From: Phyllobates terribilis
Lineage: Eukaryota
DNA: 64,000 bases
Direction: 5' to 3'
Assembly (NCBI RefSeq): GCF_046119375.1
Contig: NW_027362777.1
Location: 1,116,001-1,180,000, forward strand
Under the pieces are notes generated by a model. That model made no database searches. It was not told the DNA's origin and saw nothing but the letters and a program-made list of their open reading frames with translations. Below, piece after piece: positions 1 to 11,375 of this stretch; position 1 is the first letter of the stretch, and each line of letters begins with the position of its first letter. Made by a program: the position numbers and the translations under genes.

Positions 1-96
1 CACACCCCTGCTAGCCAGTGCACCGCCCAAGCCCCCCTATCTAGAAATAGGACGCACGTCCCACGAGACAATGTCCCCCAAAACCATCCAGTCTGA

Positions 97-459
97 AATG
101 GAGGCCAACCAGAGTCTGCCATCGTGATGCCCGTAACCACCCCCGGGCTCTGTTCATCTGTAGTTCTCCCAATAGGAGGAAATCCGGTGAAGTTCATGGT
201 AGACATTGGGGCGGCCAACTCCATTTTAAAATCCACTGAATTGCCTCAGGGTCTCCCAGTCCAATTTTCTAACGACAATCTAATATTGATCGGTGTAGAT
301 GGCAGACCTAACAAACACACTCTCACTAAACCTATTCCGATTGGCCCATTTCCGGAAGTAATGGCACAATTTGTCATATCCCCGACCTGCCCGGTAAATC
401 TTTTAGGAGCAAACCTAAATTCTGATCCCGAATTCAATACCAGGACAATGGTCAGATGA
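97..459 (+). pseudogene. pro: Retroviral aspartyl protease
   Basis: VKFMVDIGAANSIL (catalytic DTG reads DIG) and a C-terminal CPVNLLG motif. It lies in frame directly after a TGA at 94-96. Confidence 0.85.
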
Positions 460-533
460 TCCTTACTTTAAAGGATCCAAACTATGATGCACACATAGAG
501 TAGGTCTGCATCTTACGGGCGCTACCCACGGTT

Positions 534-2599
534 ATGATTAACATATCAAATACGATTGGAAATCTCCCAAAAGATCCCAGGTTAGCTCCATACACAGAGG
601 AAATCCCTTCTCATCTGTGGTCACAAGGCCCAGACGACATTGGGAGATTGCCGGTAGAACCAATACAGGTGTACCTCAAGCCCGAAGCGCCCTTTCCCAA
701 GGTTCGCCAGTACCCGCTCACACATGCACAAGAACAAGGTCTACACCAGCAAATTCACACCTTGTTAGAGAAAGGGGCACTAATCCCCTGTGTCTCCCCA
801 TTCAATAAGCCGTTGTTCCCCGTAAGGAAAAAATCCCAACCGGGGCTGCCGCCCGCTTATCGATTGCTGCAGGATTTGAGGGCAGTAAATGCAGCGACAG
901 TCGTGGAAACTCCTGTGGTGCCTAACCCACATACACTTCTCTCACAAATACCATCTACCACAGCCTGGTTTACAGTAATTGATTTAGCAAACGCCTTTTT
1001 CAGCATTCCACTACATAAAGACTGTCAGTTTCTGTTTGCATTTACATATCAGGGAAGGCAATTGACTTGGACGGTGATGCCGCACGGAGCGCAGAATAGC
1101 CCTAATCAGTTTGCAAAGAACATGTCTAGCTGTCTGCTGCTGTGGCAGCTGGACAACTCTGAGGTAGTACTATTACAATACGTTGATGATCTTCTTTTGT
1201 GTCCCCCCACGGAGCAAGTGTCCATCAGGGCCAGTGTTAGCCTCCTCAAGCATCTAGCAAAACTGAATTGTCGAGTCTCAGCCTCGAAACTTCAGTTTTG
1301 CCTCGGTCAAGTGGTTTTCTTAGGCCACTGCCTTACTCAGGGTGCCAGACATCTCACAGAAGAAAGAAAGATGGCCATCTACCTAGTACCATTCCCAAAA
1401 GATCCCATAGAGGTGCAACGGGTCCTCGGACTATGTACATATTGCAGACAATGGATCCCAGGAGCCTCACGTCTGATGCAACCCCTATATGATGCATTAA
1501 AAGAAGACACTCTGGCTGGTGTAAACAACAAGGACCACCAAGAACTGCTGCAACAAGCCTTTGAGCAACTAAAATCAAGGCTAATGACAGTCCCTGCCCT
1601 TGGAAACCCGGATTATGCTCAAACTTTCCATTTGTATGTCTCCGAGACAGGAGGGCATGCAGCCAGGGTTCTCACGCAGAGACACTGTACAAAGCAGCGC
1701 CCGGTCGTTTATTACTCAGCGCGTCTGGACCCGGTAGACAGGGCCTCCCCCAGCTGTCTACAAGCGGTTCATGCCACACAGCAGTTACTTGAAAAAACGA
1801 CGGACATCATCCTTGGACATGAGACTCACATTTATGCTCCACACGATATTGCGGCTGTTTTGGCTTTACAGCAACCTAAACATCTGTCCACACAGAGACA
1901 CCTGCAGTGTACGTTGATTTTGCCAGAAAATGTGAAATTACACCAGTGCACCACCATCAACCCGGCCACCCTGCTACCAGCACCTGAGGGAGAGGGGAAA
2001 GAGGCTCCACCACATGATTGTCTGGAAGAAAATTACTGCGGAGTCAACTCCACTTGTTTTAGTGGGGGGAAGTACCCTTGGATGACCAAGAACTTACGTT
2101 ATATACGGATGGATCCAGATATGCTGACACCTCTGGCAGGTTTCATACTGGATATGCTGTCACAACTGAAGATACATTGGTAGAGGCTGCAGCCTTACCT
2201 CCCAGTATGTCAGCACATGAAGCAGAGCTCAAAGCTCGGATTGCTGCTTGTTAACAGGCCGAAGGAAAACATGTGAATATATTTACTGACTCGAGATACG
2301 CCTTCGGGATTGCACATGACTTTGGGGAGATCTGGGCAAGGAGAGGCTTTGTCACGACTGCAGGTTCTCCTGTGAAAAATGCTGAAAGCGTCAGACAATT
2401 GATGGAAGCGGTACAACTACCAAGACAGTTGGCTGTCGTAAAGGTAAAAGCTCATACCCAACCAGATGCCCCTGAAGCAAGAGGTAATGCACTTGCTGAT
2501 CTCCATGCTAAGCGAGCAGCTCTTCTTCCGACATCCATGTCCATGGCTGTTACGTGGCAGCAGACCAAACAGCTAAATTCTGTGCCAACCCAGGATTAA
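534..2599 (+). pseudogene. pol: Retroviral reverse transcriptase, tether and RNase H (frameshifted)
   Basis: VRQYPL, NKPLFPVRK, YRLLQDLRAVN, FTVIDLANAFFSIP, MPHGAQNSP and LLQYVDDLLL in ORF 534-2183. RNase H motifs LYTDGSRY (~2100-2120, shifted frame), SAHEAELKA, NIFTDSRYAFG and KVKAH...GNALAD. Confidence 0.95.
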
Positions 2600-2600
2600 C

Positions 2601-3741
2601 TTGCAGAAATTCATCAACTGGTCCCTCCAATCACAAAGCTACGCTGCACATAGCAAAAAGTCTCTAAAGAAGAACGAGTCACGGAAGGAGGCGGGAGCTA
2701 AATTGATAGATGGGCTATGGAAAAAGGGACAACTGTATTGTTTGCCTCTACTCCTATATCAGGCCTTTGCAGCCTTGGCCCATGGACCGGTGCATCGAGG
2801 GAAGAATCAAGCTTTGCTACTGGTACAGAAACTCTATTGGGCCCCATGAATTTCCACCATGTTGAGCGCACAAAACAAAGTTTGCACAATATGCCAAACC
2901 TGCAACCCAGGCAGATTACAGAATGTACCGACAAAACACCTTGCTAAACCAGAGTATCCGTTCCAATGATTGCAAGTTGATCATATCACTCTCCGTAAAG
3001 CAGGACGATATGAATACTGCTTAGTGGTAGTGGATATGTTTTCCAGCTGGCCAGAAGCATTTGCTGTTCCAAATATGACTGCCAAGACTACCGCCATGAA
3101 ACTGGTCTCTGAAGTTGTTTGCCGGTATGGAGTCCCAGAAGTTATTGAAAGTGATCAGGGACCAGCCTTTTCCTCATGCGTATATCAAGAAATACTTACC
3201 ATGATCGGATCAACAGTGGTGCTGCATACTCCTTACCATCCACAGTCAAGCGGCAAGGTGGAGAGATTGAATGGCACACTGAAAAGGCAATTGATCAAAA
3301 TGATGCAGGAGACTACGGCCCAGTGGCCTGAGCTCCTTCCCATTGCACTATATCACATACACACCACCCCCATAGGGAAACATAAACTGTCACCCTATGA
3401 GATACTATTTCGGTCACAACCAGCTATAGCTCGATTTACCCCACACCGATTATCAGAAGAAACAGATCATGTTGTGCAATATGTGATTCAGCTTGCCAAA
3501 GCCTTAACTAACACCCATGCGTTAGTATCATCTTCTATTCCAGATCCAGCTGATGCAGAAGGTTATCATAACCCTCAAGCCCGGAGATTATGTGTATGTG
3601 AAGAGGCATGTTCGGAAACACGGACTAGAACCATTGTATGACGGACCATACCAAGTGCTCCTTACAACCCAAACAGCAGTAAAACTTGAAGGGAAGTCAA
3701 CATGGATCCATGCTTCACACTGCAAACGTCAACCATCCTGA
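2601..3741 (+). pseudogene. pol: Retroviral integrase (HHCC, DDE core, GPY/F tail), frameshifted
   Basis: HGPVHRG zinc-binding part; QVDHI; LVVVDMFSSWPEAF; YGVPEVIESDQGPAF; HTPYHPQSSGKVERLNGTLK; GPYQVLLTTQTAVKLEG..WIHASHCKR. Confidence 0.95.
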
Positions 3742-5354
3742 GATGTTTTATGATAATATGTATGGTTAGACTAGTCAATACCTGGAATAGCCTACAACAG
3801 AGTACTGACCCTTTTAATAACAAGTTCATTACTCACCACCAGATTTTGGTACAAGAATTGAGTCAATTAGAGAACAACCCGATCAGTGACTGTTGGATAT
3901 GTACTCACTCACCAGTTTCAGCCACTAGTATGCCTTTTCTGGCGGTCCCAGTCACTCTGGAAGAAATACTAAACTGGCCCAATTGTAGCGATGCCCTTGC
4001 TAATAACGCTACTAAGTTTAGTAGATTATGGAACACCACTGTATCTCCCCTGGTGGCAAGGAAATCTTACTGCTACCAGTAGACACCTACAATTTCTTGC
4101 CCTTAAAGGAAACAAATGGGTGCCCAGAAACAAGTCTTCCTTGACTAATTTAGGCTTCATACCAACTGAAGGTCTACAAATCAGTTTTAATGCTACTCCT
4201 AGTACGGCAGATGCTTTTAAACTGTCATTGTTGGAAAGATACATTCATAATCACTCATGGGTACATGCAAATCTGTTTATAAAAGGTACCAATGACACAT
4301 GTTATAAAATATCTGGTAACATCCCTTGCAATGAATCTTCTGAATATAAGCCTAGTGATCCAACATGTGGCAATCCGGATATTGGATACTGTAGCCCCCT
4401 GGGACAAATGCCTTCATGGTGTATGTTATCAAATAACACCGCTTTTATCGATTTGGTACATAAATTAGTATTACAGCACTCTGCTTTATGGGATCAGCCA
4501 TCAGCCACATATTGGGTCTGTGGGAATAATGCGTATAAATGGCTCCCAGTCAGAGTAGGGTGGACTTGTACGTTGGCCCGGCTTACTCCAGCCACTTATC
4601 TTATTCCCCATAGTAAAGTAGATATGAGAGCCATCCACGCCCATCAGGAAGACCTCATTTAGTACAAATGAGTATACCCAATAAGATAGCCAGTACTGTC
4701 TTCCTCTACCCTATTGTAACACAAATGTGGGACAAATTAGTGGAAGTCACTGACTACTTAGATGACCAGATTTGGAGTGTGCTGGAAGTAATTAATACTA
4801 CTGTTGCAGTGCAGAATCAACATATTACAGTAGCTAATCAACATACTTTAGTGCTGGACTATTTGACAGCAGCTCAAGGAGGGATGTGTCAGGTTATAGG
4901 CCCAGCCTGTTGTCACTATATTGACCCCGACTCTACCATACGGTTAAAGACTAAAATGGAAGACATTAGGAAACTCAGGGAAGAATATAACAAACATAAC
5001 GAATTGATCAAAGACAGTTGGTGGTCTGATACATTCTCCTTTTTAAATCCTGCTAATTGGTTTAAAGGGATTGGTGGGTGGATTGCTGGAATATTACAAG
5101 GAATGTTGCATATTGTTGCTTGCATCTTGTTAATATATGTCTTACTAAAACTAGTCTTTTATTGTATCCCATTTTGCATGAGGAAAACCTGCCAGTCATC
5201 AGAGAGCAAGGAGAACGCTGTTAACCGACATCCAGTGGTACTGTACACGGACCTCCCAGATGTGACCAGCATTGAGGACCTGGACGACAAGGGAATGATG
5301 ACCTTCACCCGCACGCCCCGACCAAACTCACGTCTGAAGATCAGAGCTTTATGA
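3702..5354 (+). pseudogene. env: Gamma-type envelope glycoprotein in three ORF pieces (two frameshifts)
   Basis: Hydrophobic signal region; SU CWIC motif (DCWICTH); TM immunosuppressive-like NQHTLVLDYLTAAQGGMC with CX6CC (CQVIGPACC); transmembrane helix; cytoplasmic YTDL motif. The start overlaps the end of pol. Confidence 0.92.
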
Positions 5355-5499
5355 TTATATCAACCAACAAGGGGGGATGGACATGCCGCGACAGCCTCGA
5401 TTGGTAACAAGGGCACTAATTGAGTGAAGACCAATGTCCCTCAGGCTCAAAGCATGACCCTGGGATAGCACCTCTAATGTTGATAATAACATAATTTTT

Positions 5500-5510
5500 A
5501 GGGGGGAAAA
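5500..5510 (+). other. Polypurine tract of the ERV
   Basis: AGGGGGGAAAA preceded by a T-run and followed immediately by TGTAAAGG. Confidence 0.85.
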
Positions 5511-5944
5511 TGTAAAGGACATAATGATATTCATGCTATAGCAACTCCATTTTGTCTGCTTGTTTCAAAATCATGTTATTATCACTCCTTGCACAACATA
5601 CATTCTTTCCTTCTTTTCTCTCGCCTCATCTTTCCCACACTAACTTTTCTCACAATAACATTTTTTTTTTTGTCAGACACTCCGCTCCTGTTATCTAACT
5701 AGTTTAGGCCAGGATGGACCTTGTAAAATTCCATCGTGCTTCGAACTACTGTGACCATATATGTGTTTCCGTAATAATTGTACTAACATTGGTCAGCCTG
5801 TAGGTGATTGGCTATTGATATGCTCAAAACAATATAAAATGCTAAGCAAAATAAACGGGATCAGAGATTCTTTGAATCCTCCCAATACAGAACATTGTTT
5901 CCGTTTGGTTTTCTGTGGATTGCAATCAACATAATAATTTGACA
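5511..5944 (+). repeat. ERV 3' LTR (~434 bp)
   Basis: Starts TGTAAA and ends TTTGACA. TATAAAA at 5833-5839 and AATAAA at 5850-5855. About 30 bp after 5944 the sequence aligns with the host ZNF intron of copy C. The right end is inferred from the CA dinucleotide. Confidence 0.75.
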
Positions 5945-6416
5945 CTCACTTGGTCAACCATGAAGGGTTATTGCCCTCAACAAATCCATGAAACCAGGGC
6001 TCGAGCCATGGCCACACATCTCCTGCAGACGTGAATAAATGTATATTACAGCCATCAGCCACACACAGCTTAGAGATATATCATGGCACAGATGTAATGT
6101 TTTCTGTATAGTTTATCACAATCTGGTTTGAAGTTAGTCGGTTTAAAAAGAAATTGAAAAGTCAGGATTAAGGGTAAAACTGCTGTTATTTTACAGAAAT
6201 TCACACTTGGCCCTCACTGCACATTTAATATTTTCAATCATAAAAGTTAAGTTAGCTCAGGGAGACGGGACCTGGTCTTGAGAGAATGTTGTGGTCTAGA
6301 GGCAAAATGGTGATCACACGATTGTGATACGGCCGGACTACACCACTGATAAAGCAGCCACAGCCGGTGCCTAAGAAGAATCTGTGACTTCTCTGCATTT
6401 AGTGGTTACTACTCAC

Positions 6417-7480
6417 CTGGGTAGTCATATGTAGGAATCTGCTCTTTACACCGCTCATCACCCCTCACATATGTCTCTGTAGTATTAATATGGGTCAGAT
6501 CTTCACCCTGAAACAAATATTATAAAAGTCACAGACAGATGGAGAAGTCACATCTATGAGCAGCTCTAATCCTGTCATCTCCACCGTTCTCATTACACAA
6601 GTATAAAACATATAATACTGGTGGATAAAACAAGACTGAACACAAGACCTTCACAGCCGTCTATACATCATAGGGGAGATCACATGACACCTTCTCTCCA
6701 CCTACCTGATGATCCTGAGGAACATTGGGATCTTCTTGTTCACAGTCCTGTGGAAGAAGAGGACGGGGACATCTCTCTGGTGTTGTCCTCTTACTGGATA
6801 GATCTGGAGGAAACACATACAGGGACTGAATTTATTCTTTACATACAGATAATTATAGGCTGTGTGTATTCAGTCCTGTCTATTACCTGGTGATGTGAGG
6901 GGCTGGGGAACCTCCATCATGACGTCCTTGTACAGATCTTTGTGTCCTTCTAAATACTCCCACTCCTCGATGGAGAAATAGACAGCAACATCCTGACATC
7001 TTATAGGAACCTGACACATACAATGATACAGTCACCACCTCGATCCCTCCATAGCGTTACTGTATAATGTCCCAGCATTCCCAGCAGTGTCACCTCTCCA
7101 GTCAGTAGCTCAATCATCTTGTAGATGAGTTCTAGGATCTTCTGGTCATTGATGTCCTCATGCATCAGGGGGTGAGGTGGAGGCCATGTGATTGGACTCA
7201 GGGGTCTTCCCCATAATTCAGACACAGGGTCCTGACAGCGCTCGCTAGAGGTCTTCTTCACTAGTGTGTAATCCTGATTATGGAGAGACACATTAATAAA
7301 TCTCCCTCCAGACATTTACAGAGTCCTCACCTCTCCAGTTCTGTCCATCTGTTATTCCCTTAGATAAGAATGATGTAATGAGACATCATCAGAATCTCTC
7401 ACCTCTCCAGTAAGTCGGAAGAGGATCTCTAGGGTGAGGTGTAATATTTTCTCAGCCATCTTGTCTCTGTCCATATCCAT
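6417..7480 (-). CDS. FAX/KRAB-like C2H2 zinc-finger gene copy A, five N-terminal coding exons (finger exon outside the window)
   Basis: GT-AG exons 7403-7480 ([26 protein letters not shown]), 7094-7273 (DYTLVKK...[16 protein letters not shown]), 6887-7010 ([38 protein letters not shown]-like), 6706-6803 and 6417-6507. Phases are consistent and there are no stops. Confidence 0.88.
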
Positions 7481-7690
7481 CTTTGATGCGTAATTCAGGA
7501 AAATTCTCTTATATAGAAGATATTCACTAAGAGGATCCGATATTGTAGAGATCAGAATGAGAAGATGATGAGCCGATGTAATATCATAAAAATCCTGTGT
7601 AATAATACAATTACTGGGAATAATAAGGGGAACATATGAGGAGATTATTGTACAGTATTTAGATTCCTTTACATCTACTAATAAAACCAA

Positions 7691-8418
7691 CAGTGGTGTG
7701 AAAAAGTGTTCGACCCTTTCCTGATTTCTTATTCTTTCACACTTAAATGTTTCAGATCACAAAATAAATTTAAACATTAGACAAAGGTAACACAAGTAAA
7801 CACAAAATGCAGTTTTTAAATGAAGGTCTTTATTATTAAGGGAAAAAGAAATCCAAACCTACAGAGCCCTGTGTGAAAAAGTGATTGCCCCCCCCCCCAA
7901 CTCCCCATTAAAACATAAATTAACTGTGGTTTATCACATCTTTGGGAAGCGGAGTTCAATTTCGCTAGCCATATAGAGGCCTGATTACTGCCACACCTGT
8001 TCTCAATCAAGGAATCACTTAAATAGAACCTGCCTGAAAAAGTAAAGTAGACTAAAAGATCCTCAAAAGCTAGCCATCATGCTGCGATCCAAAGAAATTC
8101 AGGAACAAATGAGAAACAAAGTAATTGGGATCTGTCAGTCTGGAAAAGGTTATAAAGCCATTTCTAAAGCTTTGACATGCCAGCGAACCACAGTGAGAGC
8201 CATTATTCACAAATAGCAAAAAACATGGAACAGTGGTGAATGTTCCCAGTAGTGGCCTGCCGATCAAAATTACCCCAAGAGTGCAGCGACGACTCATCCT
8301 AGAGCTCACAAAAGACCCCACAACAACATCCAAATAACTGCAGACCTCACGTGCCTCAGTTAAGGTCAATGTTCATGACTCCACCATAAGAAAGAGACTG
8401 GGCAAAAATGGCAACTCC
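7691..8418 (+). mobile_element. Tc1 transposon, 5' fragment
   Basis: CAGTGGTGTGAAAAAGT terminus; decayed MLRSKEIQEQMRNKVIGICQSGKGYKAISKAL from 8079. Confidence 0.8.
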
Positions 8419-10289
8419 CAGAACTGGAAGTTGACCCGACATCACTGATGTCCCAGTCTCAATGATTGACCGGGCTGTGGGCGAAGTTTCATCACTTCAT
8501 AGCCCAGCATCTCGCGGGCTTGCGGCACTCTGTTAATGAAAGCAGTGAAGAGAGAGCGCACACGATGCTGGGCTGTGACATGTGGTGAAACGCTGCCCAC
8601 AGCCCAGTCAATCAATTCCGGAACTTGACGTGAAGTCACCAGACATCAGAGGCAACTGCAGCCGGGGGTCACATGATGGTGCTAAGAGGACAACGATAGC
8701 GCTGCTCACAGGCACATTTGGAAACACAAGGTATTTGAAGAAAGCCTTATTTCCTAGGTTTAAATCCATCTGCCAACTACACATTGCAGTGGATAACCTC
8801 TTTAATGTGACCATTTCTTAATGTTTTGATACACATGTCCAACTGTTCAATGTTTCAGTACTGTAAGATGGCCGCCGGACAGGTGTGACGTGCAGAAGTA
8901 GTGCTGCTGCTTTAAAAGCATTCAGCAACTATTAGAAGTAACACAAGCACAGGAGACAGGAAGTGTTGTGCTCCAGAAGCATCCACCAACTAGAGGGGTT
9001 AACACAGTCACAGAAGAAGGGGAGTGTTTTAGCAGAGCCCCAGGGGGATTGTGGGGAAGTTGTTTACTCTCTGTCCAGAGCCGAAGAGAAAGGTGGCTTA
9101 TGATCTGTATCTCATAGAAGGCAAGAAAACAGAATTCAGGTCAGGTGGGAAGCTAAACACAGGTCAGATAGACTCCCTGAACTAACAGTGTGGAGCATTG
9201 TCGACCAGGAAGATAAGGACTGGAAGTAATCCTGTCATAGGGATCGTCTCCCTCATCAAACACCCCCCCCCATCTCCATGCAGGATAAAGAATGCTGTGT
9301 ACAATTGAGTCCTTGTGAAGGAAAAGCCTGTGGTTGTGTATGCATTTAAACTGTGCTACAGGATAATACACTGTGTACTGCTGAGTTGCAAAGAAGATTG
9401 TACTGTTATTACTGGAGCCTGTTGCTCAAAGAGACATGTACATTGCATTGGCCATACCTCATTAAATGTTACTGTTCTACCGTTTATGAGGACTCTTTCA
9501 AATGTGTCTGGTCAGCAATTGAATCTGTCCTGTGCCTCAGAGAAGCTGCAGCCTATGGTCGCCCGGAATAACTGTTCCCCCAGAATTCCAACGAATTCAT
9601 GTAATCGGTCTCGCCCCTATCTGAGCTTAGGCGGCGTGCATGTAACACAGGTGCTTGAGGGGAGATATATATCATCGAGGTTGGTAGCTTCGGTGATGTA
9701 AGCCTTGGAAAGCAGACTCAAGGACAGATAGTGCTGAGGGTTAATAGGGCGTATCAGGGCCGAGTTTACGAGCAGTCAAAGAGTGGGGCTCACATAGTCC
9801 CAGCCGGGGGTGTGGTATGGCAGATAAAATGAAGACCAAGTGTCTCATTCAGTGTCTGTGACTGGAACTGTGGAGACCTACAGGCTATCTGCTAAAGGAC
9901 ACTGACCTGAGTAGGCGAACCCACAGCACTGTCTGAACTATTTACTTTCTGTTTTTCACTGTGCTGGAAAAGGGCGTTGTAATGCACACGCCCGGGCTGA
10001 CTGGCGTGTGCGTGTTTAGTGGTTCCACTGTGCCATGAACCGGAGAGTGTCTGGAGGGGCGTAACTAAGTATCTGCCCGATCCGACCAAGGTCGCACGAC
10101 GGCATAAGACGCCAGTGCACCAGGGAGGAACCGAGCAGAGGGACCAGGGTCTACTCCAGGTCAGACTCCGGACACGGCTGTTGACCCACACCGGGGAATA
10201 CAGGAACAGGCAGACTAGAGCGCAGGCTGGGTAGGGTCCAGTACAGACTGGGAGACAAATTCGGAGCCGCACATGCGGTAAACAAACAG

Positions 10290-11375
10290 AGTAAAGCGAA
10301 ACCGCAGGTGCGGTAGTCAAGGCAGAGCAGAGCAGAACCGCAGACGCGGTAGACAAGGCTGAGCAGAGCAGAACCGCAGACGCGGTGGACAAGGCTGAGT
10401 AAAGCGAAACCGCAGACGCTGTGGACAAGGCTGAGTAAAGCGAAACCGCAGCCGCGGTGGATAGGGCTGAGCAAAGCGAAACCGCAGACGCGGTGGCAGG
10501 GCTGAGCAAAGCGAAACCGCAGACGCGGTGGACAGGGCTGAGCAAAGCGAAACCGCAGACGCGGTGGACAGGGCTGAGCAAAGCAAAACCGCAGACGCGG
10601 TGGACAGGGCTGAGCAAAGCAAAACCGCAGACGCGATGGACAGGGCTGAGCACAGCGAAACCGCAGACGTGGTGGACAGGGCTGAGCAAAGCGAAACCGC
10701 AGACGCAGTGGACAGGGCTGAGCAAAGCGAAACTGCAGACGCGGTGGACAGGGCTGAGCAAAGCGAAACCGCAAACGCGGTGGACAGGGCTGAGCAAAGC
10801 GAAACCGCAGACGCGGTGGACAGGGCTGAGCAAAGCGAAACCGCAGACGCGGTGGACAGTGCTGAGCAAAGTGAAACCGCAGATGCGGTGGACAGGGCTG
10901 AGCAAAGCGAAACCGCAGACGCGGTGGACAGTGCTGAGCAAAGCGAAACCGCAGACGCGGTGGACAGGGCTGAGCAAAGCGAAACCGCAGACGTGGTGGA
11001 CAGGGCTGAGCAAAGCGAAACCGCAGACGCGGTGGACAGGGCTGAGCAAAGTGAAACCGCAGACGCGGTGGACAGGGCTGAGCAAAGCGAAACCGCAGAC
11101 GCGGTGGACAGGGCTGAGCAAAGAGAAACCGCAGACGCGGTGGACAGGGCTGAGCAAAGCGAAACCGCAGACGCGGTGGACAGGGCTGAGCAAAGCGAAA
11201 CCGCAGCCGTGGTGGACAGGGCTGAGCAAGGCGAAACCACAGACGCGGTGGACAGGGCTGAGCAAAGCGAAACTGCAGACGCGGTGGACAAGGCTGAGCA
11301 AAGCGAAACCGCAGACGCAGTGGACAGGGCTGAGCAAAGTGAAACCGCAGACGCGGTGGACAGGGCTGAGCAAGC
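10290..11375. repeat. 36-bp tandem repeat, ~30 copies, inside the 3' LTR
   Basis: Unit GACAGGGCTGAGCAAAGCGAAACCGCAGACGCGGTG; 12-aa periodicity in the overlapping ORFs. Confidence 0.97.

Larger units (their letters stand above)
1..5944 (+). mobile_element. Endogenous retrovirus, 3' part (gag end, pro, pol, env, PPT, 3' LTR), gamma/epsilon-like, decayed by frameshifts
   Basis: Colinear protease, RT (YVDD), RNase H, integrase and env fragments, then a polypurine tract and a TG...CA LTR. The 5' half is outside the window. Confidence 0.95.

Noticed and set aside
6621-6893. Conserved antisense [17 protein letters not shown]... repeated at 44318-44590 and 61007-61216
   Set aside because: It is antisense to ZNF exon 4 and its introns; the conservation follows from recent gene duplication.
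8865-8876. YY1-like AAGATGGCCGCC as a host promoter
   Set aside because: Single motif in unassigned repeat-like sequence, with no linked exon or paralogous conservation.
10290-11375. CRISPR-like array of 36-bp repeats
   Set aside because: The units are head-to-tail with no unique spacers, there are no cas genes, and the context is eukaryotic.
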